This document shows positions 24,241 through 36,330 of a stretch of 64,000 nt of DNA, one piece after another. The stretch comes from Takakia lepidozioides. Its lineage: Eukaryota > Plantae > Bryophyta. Under the pieces are notes generated by a model, which saw nothing but the letters and a program-made list of their open reading frames with translations, had not been told where the DNA came from and did no database searches. The translations under genes were made by a program, and so were the position numbers. Location: assembly GCA_030704615.1 (NCBI GenBank), contig CM060733.1:59210001-59274000 (forward strand), in the 5' to 3' direction. Within the stretch, counting starts at the first letter, position 1; the number at the start of each line of letters is the position of its first letter.

Positions 24241-27066
24241 TGTCAGGATGAAAACTTTCCGTCTAAGAAGGTAATGATTTTAAGAGAGGATATTTCTAGG
24301 TGGTTTTTTACGGCTTTTAGAAGGTGTCCAGTTCCAGATGGAAGTCTATGGCCCTTCGGGATGAAGTGACACCACAAGTTACAGAAATGACTTCTCTGCA
24401 GTGTCACAACTGCTTGGGAGGAGGTCACCTTCTGTTACTGTGCCGATTTTGCATTGCCTGAATTGAGAAGCTGAGCTTTGATTGTCAGGCCCAGTTTCTA
24501 ACTACTATTCAAGATGTGGTCATAGAAAGAAAAGCGGAGATAGCTGGATAGACTTATTTTGCATGAATCATCACTCAGAAATGATTTCATAGTTTGCATC
24601 TGGCGGATAGGAAGGTTGTTGTTTCTCCACGCCCAACACTTGTCCCAACCCTCCTACAAGAAAGAATTTGGAGAAAAAGAGGAGAGGAGGAAGACTCTTA
24701 TCACAGGCTATGGCCCTGCCTGTGAAGTAGAGTTACCACAATGTCGAGCTCCTGTTACCACCGGTCCTAAACCAATGCCAACAGAATGGCCCCAGAATAT
24801 TGTGCCCGAACCAGCTGGCTTTATCAATTGCCGGAGCAGTGCTCTCCTTCACAAAAAATATCATCCAGTGAGACCGCAGTCGTCTCCAAGCAAGCTGAGA
24901 CGTCAGCTCCCTCGTCCTCCAAGTGCTTCCCAACCGGCATACGGTCCACGAGAGCTGGTAGCTGCAGCTGCTTTGTAATCTCTTGTCCTCTTTGATTAAG
25001 CTGTCAGCAACATTGACAATGCCAGCCCACTGGAACAGTTCCAAGCACATGCTCACCTTTGCAGCAGTATCTTCTGAAGGACCTCCAAAATCAGCTGCAA
25101 CTCCATGGGGCAGAAATAGTTAAGACAGAGGAGCAACTGTTTGCAGGCCCGCCTCAAAGGGGGTCTGTTGAAGTGAGCAAGAACCCAGAGAGTGATGTCC
25201 AAGGTGTCTGCCATACTTGCTGGCTATGGAGGAAAGGCAGCTGGATGCAAAATGTCTGATCTTCAAGGGTGAAAAATAGAACATATCTGTAGGCCAATGT
25301 CAAGACCTTTTGGAGAGACATTTCACCCAGCATATGAAGGGGAACTCCATGTTTCCCAAAGAGATGGTCACCAGTTTTCTTTCCTTAGAATTACGGGACT
25401 TCAATGAAAGTGTGTTTGTCATCGTTGGATGGGGGCCATGCCAAAAGTTCGATCAAATCTGGTTGGTTCGCCATTGGAAGTGGCTCATGCATTAAGGTCT
25501 GTTAAGCCCTTGGCTTAATGACCAGTAGCAACCAGCTTTTGGGACAAACGATGGCTGGTCACATGAATGGAATGCTGCAGTGGTCAGATAGGAACCATGT
25601 AATGATATATTGTGTCAGATAGATGGACCCATTGCAGTCCTCTACAAACATGTGGAGCTCGTTCCCTGTTCCACTCAACAGCTTCTTAAAAGTGAAAAGT
25701 TATGAAATCTCAAAGACTACTCAAGGATGACCATGAAGTGTGGGAGAAATTTGTAACGGTCGTCTGATTTCATGCAACTGAGAATTAGCTGCTGGTAACT
25801 TCATCAGTAGATGGGCTCATGTGCACCAAAGGCGACAGTAACGATGGTGAAGGATTGGAATCAGTGTGTCCCATCCTCTCTCTGTTTATTGTTGACTGAG
25901 TTTGTTCCCATATTCTGGTGACTTGTTTGCTGATTAAAATCGTCTTCGTCTCCCTGTTTTTGCGAAGCAATAATCACCACTACTCAGACCATGTCTACTC
26001 ACATTGGAGTATCTTGTGTTAACACCTTCATGTCACATGGTAGATGGAAAAGACCTTCTCAATTTATATGAGTGCGAGATATCTGTCACAGCAGTGATTT
26101 CTTACCATTTTTGAGCTGTGACAAAGTTAAGCTTCTGGCTGCTTCGGCAGGTTCAACTTCAAGAATCTGACATAGTCAGATTCTGAACAAACTTTGTACA
26201 TCAAGAAACCCCAACCAAAACCTCATCCACGTCCTCGAGCTGCCAACCTCATCTGTTGGTCCAGGTTGAGACCCTATTATTGGATTTGCAATCCAATGTC
26301 TGAGCCTTTGAGGTTATGTCTGCCAATGATCAAAGGCTTTGCAGGGTAGGCCTCTTCTTGGGAGTTGGACTACCCAAAGCTTGTGAACTGTGGCCTCTGT
26401 CCACCATTGCATTACTAATACAGCTTTATGTTTGTGTTCAACCGCATCTGTGTATGGGCATTCCAAATTTCGACAGTGACCATCATGCTGGATGCTTCCT
26501 TGGTGGTCATCCCTGGAGCATGGAATAGTGCTGGCAGGAGCTCTTTAAGATCCTTCACAGTGGTTGGACTCGAGCACTCTTAAGGTATGCTTTCTTCATG
26601 TAGGATGCAAAGGAGGGATTTTAACTGGCTGTTTTGACTTTTGGATTATACTCATTGATGAGTTGAGTTAGTCGTCTGTCCTAAGCAGGCCATGAAAGGA
26701 GGATGCCCAAGGCTTTTCCCCTGGAATTTACAAGGCACTTGGGAGGGTTGATGATGGGGCTTGGTCTTATTAATATTGTGGCTGCTCAGCTGTATATATC
26801 CTTGTGGCTTTCAATGACCTATGAAAAATCTCCCAAGTACAAAAACAAATTGCACACAGAGGTCCATTGGTTGGTTGAATCCTCCTCGGGTGAAAAGAAA
26901 GCTACTTGCCATGACACAAGGTCGAGAACAGTGTGGTGATGGTGCCATCATGGATACCAGAGTGCAGGTCTAATTTTGATGTTGGAAGATTAACAGGAAA
27001 AAGTGCGTACTACTCGCAACGAGCCTGATTAGATGGGCAATCTTGTCATCGCTAGTTTAGCATCTT

Positions 27067-27456
27067 GGGCCTGTTCACACATACAGCTAAGTTTAACCTA
27101 GCACCTGACATGGCAGCTTGGTGCAAGGGTATCGGCCCACACATACAGTTAACAATCCATGTCAACAGCTAACATCGCTAGAGGTTAGATAAATTACTCC
27201 TCACTGCTAATTTAACAGCTGCAAAAGGCTCATATCATAACAGTTATCATTTGTAATTTCAAGATCTACATGTAGCAAGTATTATATTTTATTCTTTGAA
27301 AGTTTTCATTGGTGCTTGGTCTAGCTAGCTTATCATGCACTTGATTTACACATTTGCACTTCCCTATGAACCCTTAAACAAATGCAGCTAGCCTGCTGTG
27401 GTCACAACTATGTTAACTTAGCGACATTCCTCTTACCTGCATGTGTGAATGGGCCG
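27067..27456. mobile_element. PIF/Harbinger-like MITE
   Basis: TIRs GGGCCTGTTCACACATACAG / CTGCATGTGTGAATGGGCCG (16 of 20 match); TSD not clean. Confidence 0.5.
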
Positions 27457-28899
27457 TTTAGTTTAGGACATGTTTAATTGTGTTGCTTCAGATATACCCC
27501 TAGAGTGACTTGGATGGACGTTGTCTGAAGCTACACTACAACTCTATAAACAAACCTGTCAATATCCCAGTTTCTGGAATGGGGGTTAGCCATGGAGCAT
27601 AGAATAACACTGGCAATAGTGTCTTCAGTCCCTCAACTGTGGGAAACCATGCTGGCAAGGTGTGGCTTGTTTGATGTAAAACCACCCTGCTTGAGGGTTT
27701 TTCTTCAAATAGGACTGATCAGTGAGGGCTGGTGTAACACCATGAAGGCATCACCCATTTTCAAGTCACATGCAGCTGGACTGCAATGTAATTGATATGG
27801 CTGCAGTGTGTGATGCCCTCTGCATAACCTTAAAGAAGTGGCCTAAACAGAGCAGGGTCAGGCCTGCTGCTCCAGCCTCGCTAATCCAAGCCTTCCAAGG
27901 CGTAACCTTCTTTTTTGCATGGAAAAACATGTTGAGAACTGGCATTGGATTAGTCATGCATGTCTGTGTCAGATTTCAAGATCAAAATAGGGAGTCTGCA
28001 ATGAAACCCTGTTGCATTATGCCACCTCGGAGTCACCATCACTACATCACCAGCAATCCTACTGCCAAATTTGCACACCAAAGTGCCAAGAAATCCCTCT
28101 TTAGTAAGTGTCAGCTGACCACAAACTTGCCCAAGTCTTTGGAATCAAGCAAGGGGGACTTGAGCAAATTTGGGTCTTTGCTTCTGCAGGCTCTTTGCAA
28201 GCAAGACCCAAATTTGCACCAGTCCCCCTTCCTCTGTAAGCCTCTCTCAAGGCCCAGCAAAGGTTACTTTTCCCTCGCCTCTGCAGTTATTTTTACCCTC
28301 CCCCCTTCTCCGAAAAGCAAAACAAAACCAAACAAAACAGAAAGTAGAACAACTCCAGGGTGGGGATGCTCTATCCCTGCTGGCCTGGTGGCAAGACACA
28401 TGAGTACAATGATGCAACAAGGCACAATGCAGGAATGCTTGCATCATGTCTGTGAAAGTTTGTTCTCTTCACAGTACTTACATGTATGAGGCAGCTTTGT
28501 CCATCAACCCAACCCAATCGATCCATTCAAACCCACCGAAGTTTGCGTGAATAAGAGTCCATTTCCCTTGTGGGTACGCTCCCTTATTTTGCTTTTCCGG
28601 AGGTGGGCTCCAATTGCCATACTTGTGTGCAAACTGTGAACATGTTGGCAGAAAGTACCTTCTCACATACAACTACCAAGGATCTTTCGGCAGGTCTGAT
28701 TATGCAAATATAGCATCAATTATTATTCAAGTATTGTTCGACCCTCGAGAATTGATTATTAACCATACCGCCCCTTGCCTACAACCCCCCCCCCGGCACA
28801 TTCTACCGCCCACAGTCCAACAGGATGGAGTTCTCAATGCGCTACCATCTCCGGCCCTTATTGTAGTGCTACCCTTTCTAATTCTATGCCTGCAGCTGG

Positions 28900-28992
28900 A
28901 GAGCCCATTGCTGAAAGGGAGCAGTACCTGCAAGGGGAAGAGGCTCCTATTTACGCTAACTTCGGTTGGCGTCATATATATATATATATATA
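28900..28992 (+). repeat. LINE 3'-end structured motif with (TA)n tail
   Basis: Near-identical to 18271-18362. A partial copy at 29300-29351 ends in (TC)n. Confidence 0.8.
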
Positions 28993-30099
28993 CACCTGCG
29001 GCCATGAATAATTTAAAAATATATTAAAAAATTACATATGTTTTCTGATTGTACAGATTATAAAAAAGCAAGTGACTAACTCATTAGTAAATAAATACCA
29101 TACTGCAGTATCAGGTATGAAATAATAAATATATAGTGGCCGGTGCGGCCTGACCCACAAAATGATGATTCCGGTATGGACCATCCAAGAATAATAATCA
29201 TTGCACAAGCCCCCAGCTCACTAGCGAACATCCAAGACCTACCTTTCCATATTTTTACCTCCGCACTGACATCGGTTTAAGCGCAATTTAACCACATCCC
29301 GGAAGTGGCTCCTATTTACGCTAGCTTCGGCCGGAGTCTTCTCTCTCTCTCCAACCTCATTTCGGTCTTTAAAAAAAAAAATTAAAAGGGGAGGACGCCC
29401 TGTTATTCATATCAGTTAATTAAAAAATGAGGAATATTATTTAGCTGATGATGGGACCCAAGGGCTGTCCCCCAAATTCCCTCATGAGCCCCAGAAATGA
29501 TGGCCGGCTACCTATTTAATAATACACGGGAGCGGATGGACAGAGACTCGGGAATGGATGAATACTGTTCGCTGGTGGTCTTGATTGTAGCATGAGTAGG
29601 TTAGGTGGCAGTCCGACACAACCGGCGAGCGCGCGGGGCACGCCGCCTGCCGTCCGGTCGGACGGGACTGAACTCCGATCCCGATTGGCTCCGTTCCCCG
29701 TTCTGTCGCGATCTGTCGGGGCTTTTGGTGGTCCGGACAGAGGTGGATGAACTGGAGCCTCGGGATGAACGAAGAATGAGTCATAAATATGGACGGGCAG
29801 GCGGATGGATGGGCGGGATGGACGAACGAAAGGAGGTGGGGTGTGGATGAAGAAAGTTGGAGGGAGGGGATGTAACGGGTTCCGTTGCAGCCCATGATTG
29901 GGGTTGCTGTTACCCAAAATACTGCGCCCGCACTTTGTCGTTCAACCCTCGGTTGACTCAGTTATCCTAACAGCTCCCTGCCAGCTGTGCCCTCCACATT
30001 AACTTATTATTATTTTAATATTAATCCTATTATTATAGCATATATCCGGGGTACGCTGAGTGGGCACCAACGCCACTTATTATCTCCGCTCTATTCCTT

Positions 30100-31470
30100 C
30101 CCACCCAGGCGCACTGTTGGGAGCGGACGGAGTTGGCCGCACCGTTCGGCAGCCCTCAGGAATTTCCATCAACCAATGTCAGATGTAAGGCAAAAGCGGT
30201 CATATGTCCGTTCAAGTTGGGCCTCATCCGGAGTCCCCTATTGGGTGTTGAGCTTCGATACGGCATCAACGGCACTTACTAACACTCCGGCAACACTATA
30301 ACATATTCCCCTAACTCCGGCACACTGTCTAAGTTGGCGGCACCTTTCGGCAGCCCTCATGGTGGTGGTGAATTTTATAGCAACCAATGTCTGATGTAAG
30401 GCAAAAGCGGTCACATGTCCGTTCAACTTGGGCCTCATCCGGAGTCCCCTATTGGGAATTGAGCCTCAATATGACAACAACACACTTATTAACGCTCCGG
30501 CAACACTATAATATATTCCCCTAACTCCGGCACAAGGTCTAAGTTGGCGGCACCTTTCGGCAGCCCTCATGGTGGTGGTGAATTTTACAGCAACCAATGT
30601 CAGATGTAAGGCAAAAGCGGTCAAATGTCCGTTCAACTTGGGCCTCATCCGTAGTCCCCTATTGGGAATTGAGCTTTGATACGGCAACAATGCACTTATT
30701 AACACTCCGGCAACACTATAACATATTCCCCTAACTCCGGCCCACGTCTACATTGGTGGCACCTTTCGGCAGCCCTCATGGAGGTGGTGTATTTTACATC
30801 AACCAAATGTCAGATGTAAGGCAAAAGCGGTCAAATGTTGGGCCTCATCTGGAGTCCCCTAGAATTGAGCTTCGATATGGCAATCAACGCACTTCTTAAC
30901 ACTCAATAACATATTCCCCTAACACCGGCATACTGTTTAGGTTGGCCGCACCTTTCGGCAACCCTTACGGAGGTGGTGAGTTTTACATCAACCAAATGTC
31001 AGATGTAAGGCAAAAGTGGTCAATGAGTGAGCGACATTTCATTTCCTACATGTTCCGTTCAAGGGCCTCCTGACCCCCCTAGTCGGAATTGATGCGATAT
31101 GGCCACAACGGCACTTATTAATACTGCTGCAACACCATAAGATATTGCCTCCCACCAGGGCACGCAATCGAAAGCGGGTGGCCGCACCTTTCGGCAGCCC
31201 TCGTGGAGGTTGTGCATGTAACGCATCACGCAAAGCACATTCCATTTCATACATGTTCTTTCAAGTGCATCTGAGTCCCCTATTCGAATTGAGCATCGAT
31301 ACGGCAACAACGGCACTTGTTAATAATCCGGCAACACTGTAACATATTCCCCCAACCCGGGCACATCTGTCGAAGTGGGCGGAGTCGGCCACACCTTTCG
31401 GTGGCAAATTTACAATGTCGGATGTAAAGCAAAGCAATCACGCAACATTTCAAGCGCCTCCGGAGTCCCC
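30100..31470. repeat. Tandem repeat, about 210-bp unit, about 6.5 copies
   Basis: GGCCTCATCCGGAGTCCCCTA recurs at about 30219, 30431, 30641, 30841, 31063, 31270 and 31455; copies diverge toward the edges. Confidence 0.9.
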
Positions 31471-32799
31471 TTTTCGTATTATTGTTATTATTATTATTAT
31501 TATTATTAAAAAGAACATGGGACAGAGGCCCCGAAAGTATTATTATTATTATTATTATTAAATAATAAATAATGTACCCCTGTTTCGAAGATATTTTGGC
31601 TGAAAAAGAAACGATTAAAAATAATATAGAATCGTGCGGCCGGGCGTCGCAGTACTCCAGGCTCCATAATAACTCACTAAGCACGCGCAATAACTGAGTT
31701 AGTGACTCGGTTAGTGGCTGTGCCAGTTTTACCGCGCTATGATTAGTCAGATGCGAGCCTGGAGATTAGTTCCTTTGGAGCTTTGTTACTCTGAGGGTTA
31801 ACTAGCCGAATCCTGGTCGCCAGCTAACTGGCGCAGTTAGTGAGTAGGTAGTGAGTGGTGCGCTGGTTATTCTATTGGGGGTCCAGCACACGATGCTATT
31901 GTTTTATTTTTTTTAAAGCTGATGGTCGACTATTATAGTGTATAAACGGGCCAGTACGGTTGCAGTTATTAGCGGCGAGAGTACAGAAATCTAAAAATAA
32001 ACTGGCTTGTGGGATGCCCTAAAAATATTGCAAGGCCGCAGCGGTGGAGCATGTGAGCGGGTGGTAGAAAACAATATGCGAGAATGACAGGTTAGTTAGG
32101 GCAGTATAACTGGGGTTATTTAAGTATAACGGAACCAGGGTTGTCTAATTTGGGTATCACCTACCGCGGTTAATCCAGGGAATGATTTGATTCCCTTCAG
32201 TACAGGGGCCCATATATAGCCTTGTAGATTCTGTAATTACTAATCAGTGGGTAATTAGTAATTATCTAACCCCCTGAGTGATTAGTGTGAAGTTGCAGGA
32301 GGAAACAGAAATTGCTCTGTAAATTATTGGGAGAATAAAATATCATTGATGTCTTTGGCAATTTTTTCTTTCTTTCATTATAGAAAGGGAGTAATTAAGA
32401 GCTAGGCTTAGAAGAATATATAATGTATTTATTTCTGAAAGTGCCCAAGACAAAAGTTGGTTATTGGTGTTGAAAAGGGGCACAAATAAACAATTAAGTT
32501 TTTTGAGAATCGTGCAAATGATTAATATAATCATCACATGGACTCGGTGTATCATAGTTTTAGCCATCTATTTACCCACAAATGCAGTTTAGTAATTAGC
32601 AATCTGCTCTAGTTAACTATAATTAGCGCTAATTAAACACTCTTGTGGCAGTTTAACATGAGGGCACAATTTACGATGTTATCTCTACACCAAAATATCG
32701 CAATCATTCGTCCAATCACCTCTCCTGACATTCCTTTTTGTCTCTTTTGTTACTAGGAAGTTTCTACCTGTGCTCATTTACGATCATTTACAGGTGCGC

Positions 32800-33152
32800 G
32801 AGAGAGGAAGACTCCGGTCGAAGCCGATGTAACTAAGAGCCACTTCGCGCCTTACAGGTCTGTCCCTTTTGCGGTCGAAGCCGATGCGGATGTAGGAAGA
32901 GCCACTTCGCCTTACAGGTCCGGTCCCTTTTGCGGTCAAAGCCGATGTAACTAAGAGCCACTTCGCGCCTTACAGGTCTGTCCCTTTTGTGGTCGAAGCC
33001 GATGCGGATGTAGGAAGAGCCACTTCGCCTTACAGGTCCGGTCCCTTTTGCGGTCAAAGCCCATGTAACTAAGGCCACTTCGCCTTACAGGTCTGGTCCC
33101 TTTGCGGTCGAAGCCGATGTAACTAAAAGCGACTTCGTCCCTTTCGGGGTCG
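32800..33152 (-). repeat. Head-to-tail array (about 6 units of 55-61 bp) of the LINE 3'-end motif
   Basis: Unit GGGACCGGACCTGTAAGGCGAAGTGGCTCTTAGTTACATCGGCTTCGACCG on the minus strand, two alternating variants, ending GGAGTCTTCCTCTCTC. Confidence 0.85.
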
Positions 33153-34529
33153 GCGCGACGGTGATTACTTACGAACAACCTATTTGCCCAGCGGCATGAC
33201 AAGTATTTGCTTGGTAAAGAAATACAAATGTTGGTGGAAGAGAGAATCAGGTAGACATGTGGTGTAGTTAGTAGGAGGAGTGGCACAGTCTGACAAGCAA
33301 ATAATCATTATTCCATTTTCTGGGTACACTTGGCAGCCGCCACTCCACGCATTAATTCATCTGGAGCCGCCTTTTCTAACTTAAGGACACTCGATTCCAA
33401 ACCCACAGTTTTGCCCTAAAATGTGGCCCTTAATTCTGGTTCGCCAATCTGGGTCGCCAAACTCGTTATTTTAGTAATCAAATGAGTGATGATGAATGAC
33501 ACAGTGCATGGTGATGCACTCATGGAACCGAATTGTACCACCCGGTAATTATCCCATATCCGGAGGGAATGGCAGCTGTTTACTTACTCCCACTTACTTT
33601 TACACCTTTCCTTTGCTTCTCTCTACAACCACCCACTCACCTTCTGGTATTGCCCAGTAAAGGTTTAATAATAACAATAATACTAATAATAGTATTATTA
33701 ATATTTTTACTTAAAACTCTACATCATGGAAGGAGCCTACCAACAAAGATATTGAAACTAAGATATTTTGAAACCGAAGATGGAAAAGGGATAGTCGGTT
33801 TTATGAAGAGTATCTATGATGCATGAAGAGATTATCATTGCGATATTTCAAGGATATTGTATCCACGTCCGTAGCATATTCTGTGGGGCAGCTGGGAATC
33901 TGGCAGTGCCGGCGTTTGTTTGTGAAAACAACTGGATGCAAAAATGTGTATTCTTCGGCCGACTGCGGGTGCCGGGGGTGCCGGGTCCATGCACGTCGTA
34001 ATTTGTGGCAACGAGGCTGGAGCGGCCCCTTGCTTTTACATTAAAAAGCAGCACCCAACCACTTGCTTGCTATCCGTAGATTAGCACGGGCGGGTAAATA
34101 TGGTGGGGGTCTTGCAATATCCATCAGAGGGCCCGGTTTTTCCATTGATTTACGTTCCGATTCCATTGAGAATGTGAGGATCTATTGACGGAGTCAACCG
34201 ATGATTGCGGATTGCGGCCCAAGCTCTCGGGTCGTGACGGTGACATTTCCGCATTAAATCGAAAGACGACCCCTCCAATTTGCGTGTACAAAATATCGCA
34301 AAAAAATGATTAGGATGATAGTTCCTCCCCACCCAACGACAGCTGGGAACTGCTACGACGTACAAATACGGGTCTTATTTGTACCAATATGTATACATCG
34401 TATGAATACTGTGCCCATGCCTGGTGAGTGGTAACAATATCTATACCTATCCAATGTATTCACTGCACCCGGAATACACTCTTCATGTCAGAACAGTACA
34501 CAATACATCACATAATTCGGTTCGTCTTT

Positions 34530-35450
34530 GTATCCCTTTGTATGAGAAGACGGATTTCATTGACACCAGACCGATCAGAATATCATGCGAACGGTCGGAG
34601 AATCCCTGTTCGTTCTCATGAAAAATTAAGGGATTGTCTTGGTTGCACAACAACCCGAATGGATAGTGTGGAAAATGCGTCGCTCTCCCTTTGAGTGAGA
34701 AGATGGATTTTGTCCATGCCACAATCTGACTAATGGATATACTATCGGAACGGTCGAAGAATCCTTCTCATAAAAATAAGGGGATTGTCTTGGTTACGGA
34801 ACAATCTGAATGCATAATATGAAGCGAAAGTGCTATCCGTCAATGCCACATTCTGACCAATGGATATACCATCAGAACGGTCGAAGAGTCCCTGTCCGTT
34901 CTCATGAAAATTAAGGGATTGTCTTGGTTGCGGAACAATATAAACGCATAGTGCCTTTTGAGTGAATTTTGTCAATGCCACAATCTGACTGATCGAAATA
35001 CCATCGAACCGGTCGAAGAATCCCCGTCCGTTCTCATAAAAATGAAGGGATGGTCTTGGTTGCAGAACAATCTGAATGCATAGTGCGGAAAAGGTGTCGC
35101 TCTCCCTTTTAGTGAGAAGACGGATTCTGTCCATGCCACAATCTGGCTAATGGATATACCATCGGAATGGTCGAAGAATTCCTCTCCGTTCTCATGACAA
35201 ATAAAGGAATTGTCTTGGTTGCGGAACAATCTGAATGCATAGTGCGGAAAATGTGTCGCTCTCCCTTTATATGAGAAGACAGATTTCTTCAACACTGCAA
35301 TCAGACCGATCAAAGAATCGATGTCCATTCTCAAGAAAATTAAGGGATTGTCGAAATACCATCGGAACGGTCGAAGAATCCCTGTCCATTCTCATAAAAA
35401 TGAAGTGACGGTCTTTGTTTGCGGAACAAATCTGAATGCATAATAACGAA
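34530..35450. repeat. Tandem repeat, about 120-155-bp unit, about 6-7 copies
   Basis: GAACGGTCGAAGAATCCC..TTCTCAT..AAGGGATTGTCTTGGTTGCGGAACAATCTGAATGCATA recurs. Confidence 0.9.
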
Positions 35451-36330
35451 AGTGCGTCGGATCAACAGTTCCATGACGTGCCGAAGAGTTGGGTATAGAC
35501 AAAAACCCTCCACATGGGCTGCTGAAAAAAGCTGCAGTAAAGCATACACAGAAATACTGAAATGAGAAAATACGGTATACGAGAGAATGTACAATAGGTG
35601 AAGTTTTTCTACTTTTACCCCTGCGCCCCCACAGTCTTGTGGGCTCTGTGTCGCTCACAGTGCTGGTCTCGGGGGGAGGGGAGGTGCGCGAAGCTCATCT
35701 CTCTGGCCGAGCTCTGTCTGTGACAGCTCTGCGCTGCGGGGAGAGAGACCAGAGGTGGGGCACAAGTCTCTTGCTGCACTTTCTCGGTGGAAGCAGGAGT
35801 GACTTGTTGTACGTATTTCCTGCGCTCCTCCTCTCCATCTTCACCTCTTCAGCTGTATTGCTGCTGCTTTGTAGCGCTGTGCGTGTCTTGTTTTGTCTGT
35901 GTGTTAGCTGAACGCTCGTGCTCAATCTCGGGGCTCGGGTGTTTTGTTGAGCTGTTGGAGGAAAATGCTGTCCTTTGGTGCAGGCTGCAGCATCCGGGAC
36001 CAGCTTCGTAGCGTCTGTCAGGAGCTTATCAATGTGTGGTGCTCTCGTCGTTTCTCTGATTGATAGCTGGGTCCTTTCTCGAACCAGTCTGCAAGCATTC
36101 CCTGAGCTAGGACAAGTGTGTGGAGGTGGAGAGGAATCGAAGATGGCTGTTATGGCTGTGGTGTAACAGCAATTCCAGCTGCACGACTTGCTCGCTTTGG
36201 GACTGACTGTCAGCTCGGCTGGAAAAGGTTGATTGCTCGTTGCGTGCTCGAGCTCGAGCCGACGGGGTGATTGGCTACGTCTTGTCTTCGGCTGATACGT
36301 AACTCTCGTCTCGCAACGAAAACAGCACCC

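Noticed and set aside
22100-26950. Possible decayed TE coding sequence, and CACTACAAC at 22505
   Set aside because: No diagnostic motif could be assembled and no partner TIR was found.
27770-28489. 239-aa ORF
   Set aside because: No recognisable motif or splice structure.
30100-35450. CRISPR-like arrays
   Set aside because: Units are wholly repeated with no unique spacers, no cas genes, and the context is eukaryotic.
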